In this document: piece by piece, positions 38,073 to 48,616 of the stretch
Numbering within the stretch: the first letter of the stretch is position 1
Layout: every line of letters starts with the position of its first letter
Assembly (NCBI GenBank): GCA_046314355.1
Contig: JBKBWQ010000001.1
Coordinates: 320,001 to 384,000 of the forward strand
Length of the DNA: 64,000 bases
Direction of reading: 5' to 3'
Source of the DNA: Candidatus Altimarinota bacterium
GTDB taxonomy: Bacteria; Patescibacteriota; Gracilibacteria; 1-14-2-50-48-13
Notes under the pieces: generated by a model
What the model saw: the letters and a program-made list of their open reading frames with translations, nothing else
The model's database searches: none
What the model was told of the DNA's origin: nothing
Program-made: the position numbers and the translations under genes

Positions 38073-38807
38073 CTACATATACTGCAGACTCTCAAGGGGA
38101 CGTCCAATGATGTCACTGACAGAACGAACAAGAAGAGAATAGAGCTCTTTTTTGATATCTTCAGGGACTTGCAGACGTAATGCAGTATCAAAAGTATGAT
38201 CAAGATAGAAGGAAAAAGTCTTCAGGGCAGAGAGACTTATCTTTTGTGCAGTATGGGAAGGTCTGCAGTCTGAGCAGTAGAAAGCAAGCTCGAAAGTATG
38301 CACGTAAATCTCAGGTGTATCCTTTAGGGATTTTTCACATTGAATGCAATGCTTCACATCTTCGACATATCCTAAAAGTTTTAAAAGCCTAGTAATAAAG
38401 ACCAATACAGTCTCGATCAATTTATCACTCTCTCTAAAGGACTTGAGTACTTCTTTAAAAAACATATATATCCGTTCATTCTGCTCATGCTTAGGAAGCA
38501 TTCTTGCTAGAATCTCAAACATCAAAAAACGGAGCTGCATATCATCATAATCCTTTGCCTGTGGAAGGGTAGGAGAGATAAGCTCAGCGCCCGTAATAAT
38601 ATATACTCCTTCTGCCGCCTCATATAAATCTACATCTACCTCTTGTCCAGGCTCAAGTTTTGCCGCAAGCTTGCTGCCTATTTTCTGGAGTCCACGTGCT
38701 TTGGCATATACGGCTCCTATTTCTCTTGTAAAAAGGAGTAGGGAAGAGAACTTCTGATCATTTCGATCTCTATGGAGTACAAAGGCCTCTGTTTTGAGGT
38801 ATTTCAT
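38073..38807 (-). CDS. recO: DNA repair protein RecO
   Basis: LFTREIG, ARG, CIQC...CSDC zinc motif. Confidence 0.9.
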   Translation of the reverse strand: MKYLKTEAFVLHRDRNDQKFSSLLLFTREIGAVYAKARGLQKIGSKLAAKLEPGQEVDVDLYEAAEGVYIITGAELISPTLPQAKDYDDMQLRFLMFEILARMLPKHEQNERIYMFFKEVLKSFRESDKLIETVLVFITRLLKLLGYVEDVKHCIQCEKSLKDTPEIYVHTFELAFYCSDCRPSHTAQKISLSALKTFSFYLDHTFDTALRLQVPEDIKKELYSLLVRSVSDIIGRPLESLQYM

Positions 38808-39739
38808 TAAAACTTCGGTAGATAATTTTTAAGGGCAAGCTGTGTACTTACAAATGTTACGCCCATAAATATAATAAGCAATTTGAGTATCTCTAGAAGC
38901 CCTCTAGTGAAAAAGAATTCCTTTACGGTAAGAAGCATATTATTTACTACTAATCCCTCAGGAAGTGCTTTATCTGAAGATCCAAAGATAATTGAAATCT
39001 GCCATAAAAGGAATGCAAAGAGAATCACCCCAAGCAGTACCCCGCATGCGCTTAGAAACATACTCTCTCCGAAAAAAGGAAAACGTATAAAATTCTTTTC
39101 TGCTCCCACAAGCTCCATAATTTCAATCTCTTCGCTTCTACTATGTATAAGGAGACGGATAGTATTGAAAATAATCAGGACAGCAACAAGTGTAAAGAGA
39201 ATGTAGAGCACAATAAATAGTGCATTTACAGAATTCTGAGTCTGCGCAAACTGTGTAAGTCTGCCAGTCTGCTCCTGAAGAAATGTACGGTCATCACTGG
39301 ATTTGATAATACTCTTATATTTATCCTGAGAAATAATATTATAGATCTTCTGCGGATCTGATAGATTTACATTTTTGATGACAAGACTTGCAGGAAGAAA
39401 ATCCCTATCTTTTACGAAGGTAATAAGATCATCAGAAAAAAACTTCTCTGCTTCTTTTACTGCCTGCTGCTTTGATACCTGAGAAACAGTGGCAGGGATC
39501 CGTGCGAGTTCTGTACTCAGCTCCTGTACAAGCGGATCCTCTACATTCACAGTCTGAGAAAGAAAGATCGTATAGTCTACATTTTTCTCAACGCTCTCAA
39601 TACTTTTTCCAAGCAGAAATCCCATTCCATCAAGAAGGAGAAGAAAAAAACTTACAAGCATCACTACTGAAATAGCGCCTAAACTGAGAAGTTTATTTCT
39701 GAGGATATTCTGCCATGTAAAAAGGAGGAGTCGTTTCAT
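38807..39739 (-). CDS. ftsX: FtsX-like permease
   Basis: QNILRN, IFNTIRL, EIEIMELVGA, FIRFPF. Confidence 0.9.
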   Translation of the reverse strand: MKRLLLFTWQNILRNKLLSLGAISVVMLVSFFLLLLDGMGFLLGKSIESVEKNVDYTIFLSQTVNVEDPLVQELSTELARIPATVSQVSKQQAVKEAEKFFSDDLITFVKDRDFLPASLVIKNVNLSDPQKIYNIISQDKYKSIIKSSDDRTFLQEQTGRLTQFAQTQNSVNALFIVLYILFTLVAVLIIFNTIRLLIHSRSEEIEIMELVGAEKNFIRFPFFGESMFLSACGVLLGVILFAFLLWQISIIFGSSDKALPEGLVVNNMLLTVKEFFFTRGLLEILKLLIIFMGVTFVSTQLALKNYLPKF

Positions 39740-40617
39740 GAGAGAAATTGTGAATCATAAAGGTATTGCTTGAACTGATCTCTGAGATCATCGCGATCTT
39801 TCAAATATTCTACAGTAGCTTTGAGAAAATTCAATGGATCTCCTGTAGTAATCCACTGACCGTCCTGCACACTTTGAGCAACAACTTTGTGACCGCTTCT
39901 CATAAGCTCATCCACTCCGTCCATGAGCCAAAGCTCATTATCTTTTCCAAGCTTGAGACTCTCAAGTACGCCGAAAATTGCTGGATCAAGCAGGTAGCGT
40001 CCAAATCCTGCAAGGTTGGAAGGTGCTTCTTCTCGTTTCGGTTTTTCAACAATACGCGAGATCTCCATATCGGAAGTCCCGTCTTTCAAAGCATAACAAC
40101 CATATTTATGTATCTCTTCCATCGGTACTTCCTGGGCACCGAGCACGCAAGAGGCTCCCGTTTTCTCGTAAGTCTCAATAAGCTGTTTCGTAAATGACAC
40201 TTTAGATTTCACGAGATCATCTCCAAAGGCATAGATAAAAGGTTCATTACCTATAATATCTTTTACATTAAGACATGGAGTACCATTTCCATATGGTCCC
40301 TTTTGACGAATATACACAAATGATGCCATATTCGGAAGTTTCGCAATCTTCTCAAGACGATCAAGTTTACCTTGCTCTTCAAGATGATGTTCAAGCTCTA
40401 GAGAGTGGTCAAAATGGTCCTCAAGGGCACGTTTATCAGAACTCGTAACAAATATAATCTGCTCAATACCAGCTTCAACCATCTCTTCTACAATATACTG
40501 AACAATAGGAGTATCGATAATCGGAAGCATTTCCTTCGGCATGGATTTTGTAGCAGGGAGGAATCTTGTACCGTGACCGGCAACAGCGATCACACCTTTT
40601 CGTACTTTTTGAGACAT
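39736..40617 (-). CDS. galU: UTP--glucose-1-phosphate uridylyltransferase
   Basis: AGHGTRFLPATKSMPKEMLP, VEKP, GRY; start ATG 40617. Confidence 0.95.
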   Translation of the reverse strand: MSQKVRKGVIAVAGHGTRFLPATKSMPKEMLPIIDTPIVQYIVEEMVEAGIEQIIFVTSSDKRALEDHFDHSLELEHHLEEQGKLDRLEKIAKLPNMASFVYIRQKGPYGNGTPCLNVKDIIGNEPFIYAFGDDLVKSKVSFTKQLIETYEKTGASCVLGAQEVPMEEIHKYGCYALKDGTSDMEISRIVEKPKREEAPSNLAGFGRYLLDPAIFGVLESLKLGKDNELWLMDGVDELMRSGHKVVAQSVQDGQWITTGDPLNFLKATVEYLKDRDDLRDQFKQYLYDSQFLS

Positions 40618-40691
40618 ATGAAAAAAGACAGGAACAAAAACACTAGTTATTGTAGTGAAAATAAATGAGGACTCAAGGAATAAAGTAAGAA

Positions 40692-40790
40692 GTAATTGGG
40701 GCTCAGTAATTGGGCACACATAATTAGGCTACAATCATTGAGCTCAATTACTTCATTATGAGTCCAATTATTGCAGCCCTAATTACCGAG
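40692..40790. repeat. Nested palindromic intergenic repeat, copy B
   Basis: Shares TAATTGGGCACACATAATTAGG, ATTGAGCTCAATTA, TGAGTCCAATTAT and GCCCTAATTAC with 6487-6577. Confidence 0.9.
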
Positions 40791-40795
40791 CCATT

Positions 40796-41296
40796 CTACT
40801 CCATCTCAATCTTCACGATCTGCTCCGTCACATCAATCTTAGGAATAGTCAGTACTAACAATGACTCATGAGTCATTCTGGCGTGTATTCTCTTTATATC
40901 TGCATTCTGCGGAAGGATGATAGGTCTAGTGAATTTACCCCATTCACATTCTTCTGTGTGCAGGTATTTATCATCGATAGAAAGTCCTTCAGGTCTTTTT
41001 CTTTCACCTGATATAGTAAGTACTTCCTCTTTCACAGTTACGGCAATCTCATTGCGGTCAACTCCTGCAGCTTGTGCTACTATCACAATCTGAGAGGGTT
41101 CGTTATATACATCTACTTTTAAATCAATCTCATTATGTTCTGCTGTATGAGATTTGAGAGCAGCTGGTTCTTCAATATCTTGTATGACCTCTTCATTATG
41201 AAGATGATCATCAAAGATAATATTTTTTCTCTTAGCGTCTGAGAGCATCACGAATGGATTACTTCGATCCTGCTGCTGGTTGGAAGAACTGAACAT
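40796..41296 (-). CDS. Hsp20/alpha-crystallin small heat shock protein
   Basis: VDVY, LTISGER, ECEWGKFTRPIILP, LTIPK. Confidence 0.9.
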   Translation of the reverse strand: MFSSSNQQQDRSNPFVMLSDAKRKNIIFDDHLHNEEVIQDIEEPAALKSHTAEHNEIDLKVDVYNEPSQIVIVAQAAGVDRNEIAVTVKEEVLTISGERKRPEGLSIDDKYLHTEECEWGKFTRPIILPQNADIKRIHARMTHESLLVLTIPKIDVTEQIVKIEME

Positions 41297-41475
41297 AAAA
41301 GCCGAATGAAAAGCAGTAAGTTTGCGGAAATGTAGTCTCACTATACATGGAGAGATGCATTTATCAAGTGACACTTCTTAAATGAGCTTGAATTCAAAGA
41401 AAAATCTTCTATAGTTTATAAGAAATTGGCCCAAAGCAAATTGTTTGTACCTCCTCATTTCAGACCCTATTTCAC

Positions 41476-43494
41476 ATGAAAAATCTCCATTTGCAGTATC
41501 ATGCAATTAACATAAATCACCACAGTGCTGAGGAACTTCATGAAAGCTTCCATATTAATGTGGGCGAAGAAGGAGAACTATTTATTGCTGTTGGATTCAC
41601 AAATATTGTAAATGAAGTGGGATGTAAAAATACTCTCTACACCATAGTACAGACTATTCAGAATACACTTTTTTCTGATACATCTAAGGATCTCTATGAG
41701 AGATTTGAAGAGGGAATAAAGGAGCTGAACATCTATCTTCAAGATAAGGATTTCACTGAAATTGGAAGAACACATATTGCTATTGGTCTGTTGGAGAATG
41801 ACTCCATGTATATCACGAAGACTGGTGGGGCAGAGATCTATCTTCTCCGAAGTGGTATCTGTACTAATGTTACGGCAAACTTTGATAATGTTATGTATAG
41901 CGAAGATGAAGATAACCAGCTCTCTAGCATTGCCAGCGGAGAAGAAGGGTTACCTGAGTATTTCACAAATATTGCCACAGGAGCACTTGAAGAAAAGGAT
42001 ATCATACTTATTTCTTCCACAAGATTTACAAAATTCATAGGTGAGCAAGAGGTACTCGCCTTATTTGGAAAAAATAATATCGAGATCGGATTCATAAATA
42101 TGGAGCATAAGCTCAAGGAAAATCCTTCTGCTGACATTGCAGTACTCGGGTTTATATACACAGGCGGTGATGCAAAAACAATGCATGAGAGCTCTACATC
42201 TACGACATATGCAGAGGATGGAAGTATGTATGTACCGAGCAGGGAAGCTAATAAAATAGATATTAAGAAGATATTTACTTCCATAGCTCAGGGCAAAGTA
42301 AACTGGGATAGTATTAAAACTCGTGCGAAGGATTTCTACGAACAGCAGAAACTCTATGTCATGAATCCAAAGTACAGAGTGAAGCTCATTATATTAGGAA
42401 TAGTACTTCTGCTTATATTATTGGTAGTCAATATCAGTACTGCCATTGGAGGAAAGCAGAATGCAGAACAGACAGCAGCACTCCAGCAGAAATTTGCAGA
42501 AGCTCAGAAGGAGTATCAGCTCGGAGCAACAAGTAATATTAAAGGAGACAGAGAAGCTGCCCGTACTCATTTAGACACTGCAAAGAAGCTCACTCTTGAA
42601 CTCAAAGAAGGAAAAAAATCCACAGCAGATATGAATGCACTTCTTGATAAAATAGAAAAAGAAGAGGACGAAGCAAACAAGCTTACACGAATTGGTGAAG
42701 CAAACAGCTTTATAGATCTGAATGGAAAAGTAGAGAACGATGACCCTAAGGGGCTCGCATACTTTGACGAAAAGGTTTATGCATATTCTTCCACTAGTCT
42801 CTATGGTCCATTTGTAAATAATACTACAAACGCAAACAGCAAATATGCAGTAGAAGATAATAATCTTATCAAAGACGTAGCCTACTTCGGTGACATTCGA
42901 GGACTACTCATTAAGCTTACGCCAGATAAGGTAGCAGAATTTGTAAATAATGATTTCAAATATTCTGATACTACGTCTACAACATGGAAGTCTGGAGATA
43001 CGATAGCTACATTTGGAAATAATCTGTATCTGCTCTCTGAGAATCAAGTCTGGAGATATACAAGAAATAAGAATACTTATCGTGGTCCCTCTCCATGGCT
43101 TCAGAAAACAGACCCAATCTTAAAGGATGCAGTTTCTTTCTCTATTGATGGAAGCATCTACGTGCTACTCAAGACTGGGGAAATCAAAAAATATTTCCAG
43201 GGTAAGCCTGTAACTGATTTTGTTATCCAAGATATGCCAAAAGATCTACTGCAGGGTGTAGATGACAGATCTCAGATCCTCACTACAGCTGATGCAACAC
43301 ATGTGTATGTGCTCAATCATGGTACTGGAAAGATCATCGTACTGACAAAGGTAAAGGGTAATGTATCTCAAGTAGCGTTCGACAAACAATTTGGGTTTGA
43401 TCAAGTTGAAATCATCCACATAGTATTGTCTGCAGACGAAAAAACCCTACTTGCTCTTGGCAATAACAAAAAAATCTATAAGATAGATTTGTAG
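41476..43494 (+). CDS. CPR-type membrane protein: degenerate PP2C-like N-domain, TM, coiled coil, extracellular beta-propeller-like region
   Basis: GGAEIYLLRSG, GALEEKDIILISS; TM LIILGIVLLLILLV; NLYLL and SIDGSIYVL blade-like motifs. Confidence 0.6.
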   Translation: MKNLHLQYHAININHHSAEELHESFHINVGEEGELFIAVGFTNIVNEVGCKNTLYTIVQTIQNTLFSDTSKDLYERFEEGIKELNIYLQDKDFTEIGRTHIAIGLLENDSMYITKTGGAEIYLLRSGICTNVTANFDNVMYSEDEDNQLSSIASGEEGLPEYFTNIATGALEEKDIILISSTRFTKFIGEQEVLALFGKNNIEIGFINMEHKLKENPSADIAVLGFIYTGGDAKTMHESSTSTTYAEDGSMYVPSREANKIDIKKIFTSIAQGKVNWDSIKTRAKDFYEQQKLYVMNPKYRVKLIILGIVLLLILLVVNISTAIGGKQNAEQTAALQQKFAEAQKEYQLGATSNIKGDREAARTHLDTAKKLTLELKEGKKSTADMNALLDKIEKEEDEANKLTRIGEANSFIDLNGKVENDDPKGLAYFDEKVYAYSSTSLYGPFVNNTTNANSKYAVEDNNLIKDVAYFGDIRGLLIKLTPDKVAEFVNNDFKYSDTTSTTWKSGDTIATFGNNLYLLSENQVWRYTRNKNTYRGPSPWLQKTDPILKDAVSFSIDGSIYVLLKTGEIKKYFQGKPVTDFVIQDMPKDLLQGVDDRSQILTTADATHVYVLNHGTGKIIVLTKVKGNVSQVAFDKQFGFDQVEIIHIVLSADEKTLLALGNNKKIYKIDL

Positions 43495-43629
43495 CTTGCA
43501 ACACCCTCAATCATACAGGATCTTCCTCTCACATTTGATCTTTTGTATGTTTACATAACCTCTTCTCTCTTACATCCTCTCTCGGTGCACTTACCGAGAT
43601 GCTGTATTTTATTTTAATGTATATTTGGT

Positions 43630-44700
43630 ATGACTTCACAAAATCAGTCAGACAAGAGAAAAGCGGTAGAAAACGCCCTTGCTCTTATCGACAAACAATT
43701 CGGAAAAGGTACTGTCATGCGCCTTGGAGATTCCCAAAGCATGAATATCGAAACGGTATCTACGTCATCTATTTCTCTCGACCTGGCACTTGGCGGAGGA
43801 GTACCTAGAGGAAGAATTATAGAGGTCTATGGTACCGAGTCTTCAGGTAAGACAACACTCTGTCAGCATATTATTGCAGAGGCTCAGAGAAATGGAGGAA
43901 TGGCAGCACTCATCGATGCGGAGCATGCATTTGATCCAATCTATGCAAAGAAAATAGGTATCAATACTACTGAGCTTCTTATCTCTCAGCCAGACTCAGG
44001 AGAGCAGGCACTTGAGATCGTAGAGACACTTGTACGAAGTGGAGCATTAGATGTGATCGTGATAGACAGTGTGGCTGCACTTACTCCTCGTGCAGAGATC
44101 GAAGGAGATATGGGAGATAGCCATATGGGTCTTCAAGCGAGACTTATGAGTCAGGCTCTTAGAAAACTTACAGGTATTGTAGGTAAGACTAAGACTGTAG
44201 TTATCTTCATCAATCAGCTTCGTATGAAGATCGGAGTGATGTTCGGTAATCCTGAGACTACGACTGGTGGTAATGCATTAAAATTCTACTCCAGTGTACG
44301 AATGGAGATGCGTAAGAAGGCTTCCATCGATCAGGGAGTAGGAGATGATAAGAAATCTCTTGGTATCCGTACTCGAGTGAAGATCGTAAAGAATAAGATT
44401 GCTCCTCCATTCCGTCAGGCTGAATTTGATATTATGTTTAGCGAGGGTATCTCTAAAGAAGGTGATATCCTAGATACAGCAGTTGCTATGGAAGTAATCA
44501 CAAAATCAGGTGCATTCTTCTCCTTCGGAGCTACTAAACTCGGACAGGGAAGAGAAAATGCAAAGAACTTCTTGAGAGAAAATACCAAGGTACGAGATGA
44601 AATCGAAGCGAAAGTTCGACAGCTTGGAAAAGATCCTGAAGCTGTCATGAAAGTAGAGGAGATAGTTGCAGAAAAGGAGACTGAAGCGAATGATGAATAA
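43630..44700 (+). CDS. recA: Recombinase A
   Basis: [33 protein letters not shown]. Confidence 0.99.
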   Translation: MTSQNQSDKRKAVENALALIDKQFGKGTVMRLGDSQSMNIETVSTSSISLDLALGGGVPRGRIIEVYGTESSGKTTLCQHIIAEAQRNGGMAALIDAEHAFDPIYAKKIGINTTELLISQPDSGEQALEIVETLVRSGALDVIVIDSVAALTPRAEIEGDMGDSHMGLQARLMSQALRKLTGIVGKTKTVVIFINQLRMKIGVMFGNPETTTGGNALKFYSSVRMEMRKKASIDQGVGDDKKSLGIRTRVKIVKNKIAPPFRQAEFDIMFSEGISKEGDILDTAVAMEVITKSGAFFSFGATKLGQGRENAKNFLRENTKVRDEIEAKVRQLGKDPEAVMKVEEIVAEKETEANDE

Positions 44701-45199
44701 AAGACCTTTTAGGAAAAGGCAGAAAGAAACCTCAGTTAGTGTTCCCACACTGACTGAGGTTTTTGAAAAATCTATGCAGATCATTACAGTACGTCAGCAT
44801 AGTAAAAAGGAGCTGATCGAAAAACTTAAAAAGAAATATCCAGAGAATCAAGAGCTCATTGCTCCCACAATAGAAAGACTTCTCGAACTCAAATACCTGG
44901 ATGATGATGTTTATGCTGATGCGCTCACTAGAAACCGTCTCAAAATAAAGAAGAAAGGACTATTCTGGATCAAGAGTGAATTAAAAATGAAGGGAATCAA
45001 AGAGCAAAAAATCCAGGATATTTTGGAAAACTATCAGGAGGAAGAAACTGAAAGCCTTGGCGAAGCCATAAGAAAAAAGCTCTCCACATTAAAAAATGAC
45101 CTTTCTATTCATGAAAAAAAACAAAAACTTGCTGCATATTTACAGCGGAGAGGGTATCCATTGGAAAAAATCCTTCACGCATTAAATAATTCTCTTTAA
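44690..45199 (+). CDS. recX: Regulatory protein RecX
   Basis: [31 protein letters not shown]; overlaps the recA end. Confidence 0.9.
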   Translation: MMNKRPFRKRQKETSVSVPTLTEVFEKSMQIITVRQHSKKELIEKLKKKYPENQELIAPTIERLLELKYLDDDVYADALTRNRLKIKKKGLFWIKSELKMKGIKEQKIQDILENYQEEETESLGEAIRKKLSTLKNDLSIHEKKQKLAAYLQRRGYPLEKILHALNNSL

Positions 45200-45257
45200 A
45201 AAAAATTTGTTTTTGGCATACTGAGTATATAGTTTTCAGACTTTCTCCATAAATCCC

Positions 45258-45716
45258 GTGAGCACCCGCAACTATTCAAGAAATGTTTCATTCACCTACC
45301 AGATCATCATCATAATGGGGTTTTTTATACTCTTTCTGCAGCTCTACGCTCTTGCATCGAGTATGTACCGCGATAGCCAGCTCAATGAGCAGATAAAGGA
45401 ATTTAGAGCGGATAATGATAAAAAGAAAACAGAGATAAGCAACAAAAAGGTTGAATACATCAGTACACAGCTTGATTCTACACAGATACGCTACGCAAAA
45501 GAATCAGAGGATAAGCTCTATAAGGATGAACAGATGAAGATCATCAATAATAGCGCTGAACTAGCACACAATAATCTCCAGGATATAAGTGATTCACCGA
45601 CCTTTGCAAGTCCGAGCCTACTCACCCTAGAGGATGATCATGTAGAACAGATGAAGGCAATCAAAAAGCAGACAAAGATAGATCAGTGGAAGTATTACTT
45701 TTTTCATATAGAGTAA
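45258..45716 (+). CDS. Septum formation initiator (FtsB/DivIC)-like protein
   Basis: N-terminal TM, coiled coil, RYAKE, C-terminal WKYYFF. Confidence 0.65.
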   Translation: MSTRNYSRNVSFTYQIIIIMGFFILFLQLYALASSMYRDSQLNEQIKEFRADNDKKKTEISNKKVEYISTQLDSTQIRYAKESEDKLYKDEQMKIINNSAELAHNNLQDISDSPTFASPSLLTLEDDHVEQMKAIKKQTKIDQWKYYFFHIE

Positions 45717-45731
45717 CGTAGTACTGATAAT

Positions 45732-46255
45732 ATGTTGTCTGGACCAGAACAAGAACCCCTCTCTCCCTCCTCTCAAAACTCTCTCCAGGATACCTGCCCA
45801 AAGAGATCTTTTTTCAGATGTGCAGATTAAATGTACTTCCTGCCTTTGAGATTATCCCTCTTCGTAGAAAAGAGGGATAGATCGAAGTGTTGCTTATACA
45901 ACGTCCTGAGAACGATCCATTTTGGGCTGGGCAAAGGCCAAGCCTGCTGCCTACAAGTACCCCTAACTCATTTGATGATGTAAAGGAAAGAGTTTTCCAG
46001 GAATTAAATTACTCTGCAGATACAGGCAGTGATGCTATTTATGCAAGTACGGAACTAAAAAGATGGAAACGGGGAATGGTGATCAGTATCTATCATTATT
46101 TAGAATTAGAAGAAACCTCTGGAGTTGGAAAATTCTTCCCTGTGGATGAGCTGCCAGAAAATATAGTGGAGAATCAGGCGGAGATGATAGGGAAGATTGC
46201 GAAGATGTATAAAAGCTCGATGGCTCGGAGTGTGAGTGATAGTGGGAGTATTTAG
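45732..46255 (+). pseudogene. Disrupted NUDIX-like gene (frameshift plus in-frame TAG)
   Basis: The frame of ORF 45887 extends upstream as LLSKLSPGYLPKEIFFQMCRLNVLPAFEIIPLRRKEG*IEVLLIQRP (TAG 45878-45880); ATG 45732 is in another frame. Confidence 0.7.
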
Positions 46256-46348
46256 TAGTGAGGGTGATTTTTCTTATGTAGTATATTAAAAAATAGCCCT
46301 ACTAGACTCAAGAGCGTACCGACACACATCTTAACTTTAAGTTTGAGA

Positions 46349-46494
46349 GTCCCTCTTCGCCATTATAAACAAGGTAACTTACAGTTTAACGTAGGCTACG
46401 AGGGACATTCTTCGCTGTATATTAAAAAAATCTTCGCCTGCGAAGATTCATTCCTTTCTGGCTGTGCCATTCGTAGCTTCGTGAGAAGCGAAGA
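46349..46494. repeat. tRNA-downstream palindromic (CTTCG/GCTACG-type) repeat remnants
   Basis: GTCCCTC/GAGGGAC stem; GCTACGAGGGACA is an imperfect inverted copy of TGTGCCATTCGTAGC; several CTTCG/CGAAG units. Confidence 0.5.
46424..46448 (-). terminator. Terminator of tRNA-Met
   Basis: AATCTTCGCAGGCGAAGATTTTTTT on the minus strand. Confidence 0.8.
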
Positions 46495-46495
46495 A

Positions 46496-46572
46496 TGGTG
46501 GCTGAATGGAGAGTTGAACTCCAGACCTCGGGGTTATGAATCCCGCGCTCTAACCAACTGAGCTACCCAGCC
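46496..46572 (-). tRNA. tRNA-Met (CAT), elongator type
   Basis: GGCTGGGTAGCTCAGTTGGTTAGAGCGCGGGATTCATAACCCCGAGGTCTGGAGTTCAACTCTCCATTCAGCCACCA; paired G1-C72; encoded CCA. Confidence 0.95.
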
Positions 46573-46591
46573 ACGATGTTAGACGAGTTTT

Positions 46592-46619
46592 ATTATATGT
46601 ATGAGAGGGGGAAAGGCAA
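46592..46619 (-). promoter_or_regulatory. tRNA promoter
   Basis: TTGCCT-16 bp-TATAAT. Confidence 0.65.
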
Positions 46620-46630
46620 GGTGTTTTAGG

Positions 46631-47173
46631 TTATTTATTCTCAACCGTATCTGAACCATCCTTTTGCTCAGTACTTTTTTTCAGAGATTTCGGTTTCACA
46701 AAGTACGGCACATACTGCTTATCAGTGAGGAGCAGATCCCTCACATGAAGAGTATAGTATTTCAGAAGCTCTTGAGTAAACATCTCATAGTTACTATTTC
46801 CATTATTTAGTAGATCGATAGTACCTGAAGGTGTCGTAATTTCTTTTATAGTTCCTCCATTTTCAAGAAGATCGGAGCAATGTGCGATAATCACATCTGA
46901 GTCTACTTTATGCGGTCCATAGCTTATTTCTTCCTTTGATTTTTTTAGATGAAGTTTATTCAGAATACTCTGAATATAGTTATGTGACTGCCAGAAACTA
47001 TCTGGACTCTTGGTACTGGATATGAGATTCACAATTTTTCTTATCTCTTCTTCTATTTCCTCCACTGTATACTGTTCTTCATTGGAAGACTCAACTACCT
47101 GTACATTTAATCTCTTTATATCTTCTTTTACAGCTGCTTCCCATCTTAAGTTCTCTGTGATTCTCGTTGGCAT
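46631..47173 (-). CDS. Hypothetical protein
   Basis: 180-aa ORF with no recognised motif. Confidence 0.55.
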   Translation of the reverse strand: MPTRITENLRWEAAVKEDIKRLNVQVVESSNEEQYTVEEIEEEIRKIVNLISSTKSPDSFWQSHNYIQSILNKLHLKKSKEEISYGPHKVDSDVIIAHCSDLLENGGTIKEITTPSGTIDLLNNGNSNYEMFTQELLKYYTLHVRDLLLTDKQYVPYFVKPKSLKKSTEQKDGSDTVENK

Positions 47174-47260
47174 ATTATCGCTAAAGGAACTAAATTTTCA
47201 CGATAATACTCCTGCTTTTCAAAACTGAAAATAGTTTTTTAAATTTTCTCAACTATGCCG

Positions 47261-48457
47261 TTAAGATGCTATTTTCCTTATTATATAGCATTTTAAGTAG
47301 TTTCCTTCAGGGAAGTATGGGTTGAGAGAATGATCAAGGGGCTGAGATTTTTTCTCTAATACCTGTACAAGACATCCTGCTGCTTGAGCTGCCCAGGAAA
47401 GCATTCGGAAGAACTGTTCATCAGATACTACCCCAGAACATGAACACGTCATCAGGATTCCATGATTATCAAGGACCTCTAGAGCACGCTGGTTGAGAGA
47501 AATATATCCCTTCATTCCCCGGTCTATATCTTTTTTGCTTTTTACAAAGGCAGGCGGATCAAGAATAATAACATCATAAGATCCCTGCTTAGCATTCTTG
47601 AGAAACTCAAAGGCATCTTTCGCCTCAGTCCAGTGTTTATCCTTATCAAATCCATTGAGCTCTACATTGTTTATACCTTCTTCTACAGCATGATCAGAAA
47701 TATCGACAGAAGATACATGAGAGGCGCCTCCCTGAAGAGCTGAGACAGAAAATCCTCCTGTATAGCTGCAGATATTAAGTACTTTTCTATCCTTTACATA
47801 TTTCTGCAAAGCAAGACGGTTTTCTCTTTGATCTAGGAAAAATCCTGTTTTCTGTCCATGGAGGAAATCTACACGGAATTTGAGTCCATGTTCAAGAATT
47901 ATTTCCTCTTCCTTCAAAGTTCCATGAAGTACTCCCTCTTTCTTTTCTGGAAGGCCTTCTAATTTTCGTGCAGAAACATCGCTTTTTTCATAGATGCACT
48001 CAGGACTATATACTGCGATAAGGGCTTGGACAAATAGGTCCTTCAAATTCTCAGCTCCAAGTGTATGTATCTGGAGAATAAGCGTATTATTGTATTTATC
48101 CACAATAAATCCAGGAAGAAAATCAGATTCAGCAAAGACCATCCGGCATGCCGTAGTATTCTCATCTAAAACATATTCACGTCTTGTAGCAGCCGCTTGA
48201 GAGATTTTATTCTTAAAAAATTCCACATCAATGACATCAGCTTCATTCCAAGATAATATTCTGACAGCTATCTGAGACTGCTTATTGTAGTATCCGTGAG
48301 CTAGAAATATTCCGTCTAGAAAAATACTCACAAGTCTGCCGTGAAGAGCACTTTTCTCTCCTTCGATGCGTTCGATAGCTCCGCTAAAAATCCATGGATG
48401 CTTATGACCAAGGAAAGTTTTTTTCAATTTCGCTTTAAGATGAATCTTTGGATACAT
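47261..48457 (-). CDS. rlmI: RlmI-family rRNA m5C methyltransferase
   Basis: PUA (HPWIFSG), GQKTGFFLDQRENR, SYTGGFS, ILDPPAF, TCSCS. Confidence 0.9.
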   Translation of the reverse strand: MYPKIHLKAKLKKTFLGHKHPWIFSGAIERIEGEKSALHGRLVSIFLDGIFLAHGYYNKQSQIAVRILSWNEADVIDVEFFKNKISQAAATRREYVLDENTTACRMVFAESDFLPGFIVDKYNNTLILQIHTLGAENLKDLFVQALIAVYSPECIYEKSDVSARKLEGLPEKKEGVLHGTLKEEEIILEHGLKFRVDFLHGQKTGFFLDQRENRLALQKYVKDRKVLNICSYTGGFSVSALQGGASHVSSVDISDHAVEEGINNVELNGFDKDKHWTEAKDAFEFLKNAKQGSYDVIILDPPAFVKSKKDIDRGMKGYISLNQRALEVLDNHGILMTCSCSGVVSDEQFFRMLSWAAQAAGCLVQVLEKKSQPLDHSLNPYFPEGNYLKCYIIRKIAS

Positions 48458-48616
48458 GTGTGGTTGCTAGTAATATCGAAATATAGTGTAGCAGGTAGTT
48501 AATAAATAAAAAGACAAGATATGAAAATACGTAAAAACAATAATTAAGATTCTAGGATTGTTGACAGAAAAAACCGCAGGCCTATAGTGAATATAATTAT
48601 CCTTTACCTTCTGAAT

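Noticed and set aside
43580-43600. TCTCGGT/ACCGAGA hairpin upstream of recA as an SOS box
   Set aside because: It does not match a LexA box I recognise and is not repeated upstream of other repair genes here.
46496-46572. tRNA as an island integration site
   Set aside because: No duplicated tRNA 3' end or adjacent integrase found by eye.
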